A DNA stretch of 64,000 bases from Prevotella sp. (lineage in GTDB: Bacteria; Bacteroidota; Bacteroidia; Bacteroidales; Bacteroidaceae). The notes under the pieces were generated by a model. That model was not told the DNA's origin, made no database searches, and worked only from the letters and a program-made list of their open reading frames with translations. Shown in pieces: positions 61,595-64,000 of the stretch (positions are counted from its first letter, which is position 1; each line of letters opens with the position of its first letter). A program made the position numbers and the translations under genes. Location of the stretch: assembly GCA_017961115.1 (NCBI GenBank), contig JAGCXX010000080.1:1166-65165 (forward strand), written 5' to 3'.

Positions 61595-62632
61595 TCAGTG
61601 TGCTGCTTCAAACTCACGGAGGAAACGGGTATCGTTCTCAGAGAACATACGCAGGTCGCTCACACGGTATTTCAGGTTGGTGATGCGCTCCACACCCACG
61701 CCGAAGGCATAGCCGCTGTACACCTTGCTGTCGATACCGCAAAGTTCGAGCACGTTGGGGTCGACCATACCGCAACCCAATATCTCCACCCATCCGGTGT
61801 GCTTGCAGAAACCGCAGCCCTCGCCGCCGCAAATGTGGCAGGAGATGTCCATCTCGGCACTGGGTTCGGTGAAGGGGAAGAAACTGGGGCGCAGACGAAT
61901 CTTCGTGTCGGCGCCAAACAACTCCTGAGCGAAGGTAAGCAGCACCTGCTTCAAATCGGTGAACGATACGTTCTTGTCGATATACAGACCTTCCACTTGA
62001 TGGAAGAAGCAGTGGGCACGGGCAGTGATGGCCTCATTGCGATAGACGCGTCCCGGACAAATCACGCGGATGGGAGGTTGTGTGGTATCCATCACACGTG
62101 CCTGCACCGAACTGGTATGGCTCCTGAGGATAATGTTCTTCGCCACATCGTCAGGATTGGTTTCCACGAAGAAAGTGTCCTGCATGTCGCGTGCGGGATG
62201 GTCAGCGGCGAAGTTCATCTTGGTGAACACATGAAGGTCATCTTCCACCTCAGGACCATCGGCAAGGGTGAAGCCCATGCGTGAGAAAATGTCGATAATC
62301 TCGTTGGTCACAATGGAGATGGGGTGACGTGTACCCAGACCGATGGGGTAGGCGGTGCGTGTCAGGTCGAGGTCGTCATCCAGACTGTCTGCTGAGGCGA
62401 GAGACTCCCGCAAAGCATTGATATGCTCAAGGGCAGTCTGCTTCAACTCATTGATTTTCATGCCGATAGCACGCTTCTCTTCTGCGGCTACCGTACGGAA
62501 ATCGGTCATCAGGGCGGCTATCTCACCCTTCTTGCTCAGATATCTTACGCGAAGTTGCTCTATCTCCTCTGCATTAGAGGCTTGGAGCTCCTGCACTTCC
62601 TTCAGAAGTGCCTCTATTTTCTCAAGTAACAT
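61595..62632 (-). CDS. pheS: Phenylalanine--tRNA ligase alpha subunit
   Basis: HPARDMQDTF, LRSHTS, FHQVEG, FPFTEPS, GWVEILGCG, GVERI. Confidence 0.98.
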   Translation of the reverse strand: MLLEKIEALLKEVQELQASNAEEIEQLRVRYLSKKGEIAALMTDFRTVAAEEKRAIGMKINELKQTALEHINALRESLASADSLDDDLDLTRTAYPIGLGTRHPISIVTNEIIDIFSRMGFTLADGPEVEDDLHVFTKMNFAADHPARDMQDTFFVETNPDDVAKNIILRSHTSSVQARVMDTTQPPIRVICPGRVYRNEAITARAHCFFHQVEGLYIDKNVSFTDLKQVLLTFAQELFGADTKIRLRPSFFPFTEPSAEMDISCHICGGEGCGFCKHTGWVEILGCGMVDPNVLELCGIDSKVYSGYAFGVGVERITNLKYRVSDLRMFSENDTRFLREFEAAH

Positions 62633-62788
62633 TTTCCTTTGGTTTAAAAACGGTGCAAAGGTAATATTTTTCAGATAAAATAGGAAATATATCGAAATAA
62701 AGTTGTACTTTTGCCCCTAATATCATCACAAATATAGTGAACACCTCTGTCCTGTCGGTTGAGGTGTACAAGGGATTAAATGAGAATT

Positions 62789-63667
62789 ATGAGAAAAAGC
62801 GCGATGTTCTTTTTCTGTATGGTCTGCCTGATGCTCGGCATGACCATAAGTTGCAAGGACAAGAAACCTGAGGTGCTGACGGATTCCTTGTCTGGTGATA
62901 CAGTGGTTGTGCCCGACACGGTCGACACGGTGGCAATAGACACCGTCCCTGAGGATGCTATGGACAGCCTCATCTCGGCTACGCCCATGCCTGTCACGGC
63001 AGACGAATTGTTTGATGATTTCCTCTTCAACTTCACAGCCAACAAAAAACTGCAATATGAGCGCGTCAAGTTCCCCTTGCTGGTGACCGATGGCGACAGC
63101 GTGTCGACTATTGACCGCGCCGACTGGAATCATGAGCGTTACTTCATGAAACAGGAGTTCTATACGCTCATCTTCGATGACGAGAGTCAACTTGAACTGG
63201 CGAAAAACACCCAACTCGACAGCATCGTGATTGAGAGAATCAACCTCCATGCCAAATCGGTGGAGCAGCATGTGTTCAACCGTGTCAACGGACAGTGGAT
63301 GCTCACCGAGATTGTGCGCAACAACACCTATCAGAGTCCCAATAGGTCGTTTCTTGACTTCTATGAGAAATTCGCTTCCGACTCACTCTTTCAGATACAG
63401 AGCATGAATGAGCCGGTGAGCACCGTCCTGCCCGACCCTGATGATGACTATACTATGATTGAGGGTGACTTCTATCCAGAGCAATGGCCAGAATTCAAAC
63501 CCCTTGATTTTCCTTCTGATGTCATCTACAATATCCTCTATGGACAGCAATACCGCAAGAGCCGACAGAAACTCTTCGTGCTCAGGGGTATCTCCAACGG
63601 ACTGGAAGCAGAGATGACCTTCAAACAGATAGAAGGGCGATGGAAACTCGTCAAGCTTATCAACTGA
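62789..63667 (+). CDS. DUF4348-like lipoprotein
   Basis: Lipobox TISC; DELFDDFLFNF...Q..RVKFPL; SFLDFYEKFASDS. Confidence 0.78.
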   Translation: MRKSAMFFFCMVCLMLGMTISCKDKKPEVLTDSLSGDTVVVPDTVDTVAIDTVPEDAMDSLISATPMPVTADELFDDFLFNFTANKKLQYERVKFPLLVTDGDSVSTIDRADWNHERYFMKQEFYTLIFDDESQLELAKNTQLDSIVIERINLHAKSVEQHVFNRVNGQWMLTEIVRNNTYQSPNRSFLDFYEKFASDSLFQIQSMNEPVSTVLPDPDDDYTMIEGDFYPEQWPEFKPLDFPSDVIYNILYGQQYRKSRQKLFVLRGISNGLEAEMTFKQIEGRWKLVKLIN

Positions 63668-63679
63668 CCCATCAAGTTT

Positions 63680-64000
63680 ATGAGAGACATCAGAGATTTC
63701 AACCTGAAAGAGTACAACACGTTTGGCATCAATGCTGTTTGCCGCCGCTTCATCGAAATTGAGAAAGCCGATGAGGTGACACCGCTTGTTTGCTCGCTTA
63801 CCAGCGACGATTTGCCATTGCTTATCATCGGCGGTGGAAGCAACCTGCTGCTGACTGGCAACTTCGACGGTACTGTGCTCAGGTCGGCCATCAAGGGAGT
63901 GGAGTCGTCAAGCGAGGGCGGCTATGTGCTGCTGCGCTGCGGCTCGGGTGAGACTTGGGACGATATCGTCAGACATTGCGTCGACCATGGATGGTATGGA
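63680..64000 (+). CDS. murB: UDP-N-acetylenolpyruvoylglucosamine reductase (5' part only)
   Basis: Manual translation NLKEYNTFGI...LIIGGGSNLL...GSGETWDDIV...GWYG. Confidence 0.93.
   Translation, partial: MRDIRDFNLKEYNTFGINAVCRRFIEIEKADEVTPLVCSLTSDDLPLLIIGGGSNLLLTGNFDGTVLRSAIKGVESSSEGGYVLLRCGSGETWDDIVRHCVDHGWYG

Overview
64-kb stretch of a Bacteroidales (Prevotella-like) chromosome, judged from gene content, C-ending codon bias and TAnnTTTG promoter boxes. Most of it is housekeeping backbone (radC, efp, rpmH, PASTA-rluD-ddl, tdh/kbl, ABC exporter pair, ligA, pheS, murB), plus a riboswitch-controlled cobalamin uptake locus (btuB, a btuG/H-like fusion, a double-DUF4465 protein) and a small SusC/SusD locus. 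An accessory island at about 33.3-44.7 kb has no visible integrase. Its most striking feature is an intact sigma-70/ECF-like gene (36541-37233, minus strand) whose coding strand is almost free of cytosine: 5 C in a 525-nt core, while G stays abundant. It lies upstream of three cell-wall-hydrolase-type genes, between two inverted DUF1810 copies, and next to a MoxR-like AAA/vWA/AAA+ module with a repeated operator-like site. Intergenic regions carry many short tandem repeats and REP-like elements. All product calls come from motif recognition by eye; no database searches were run.
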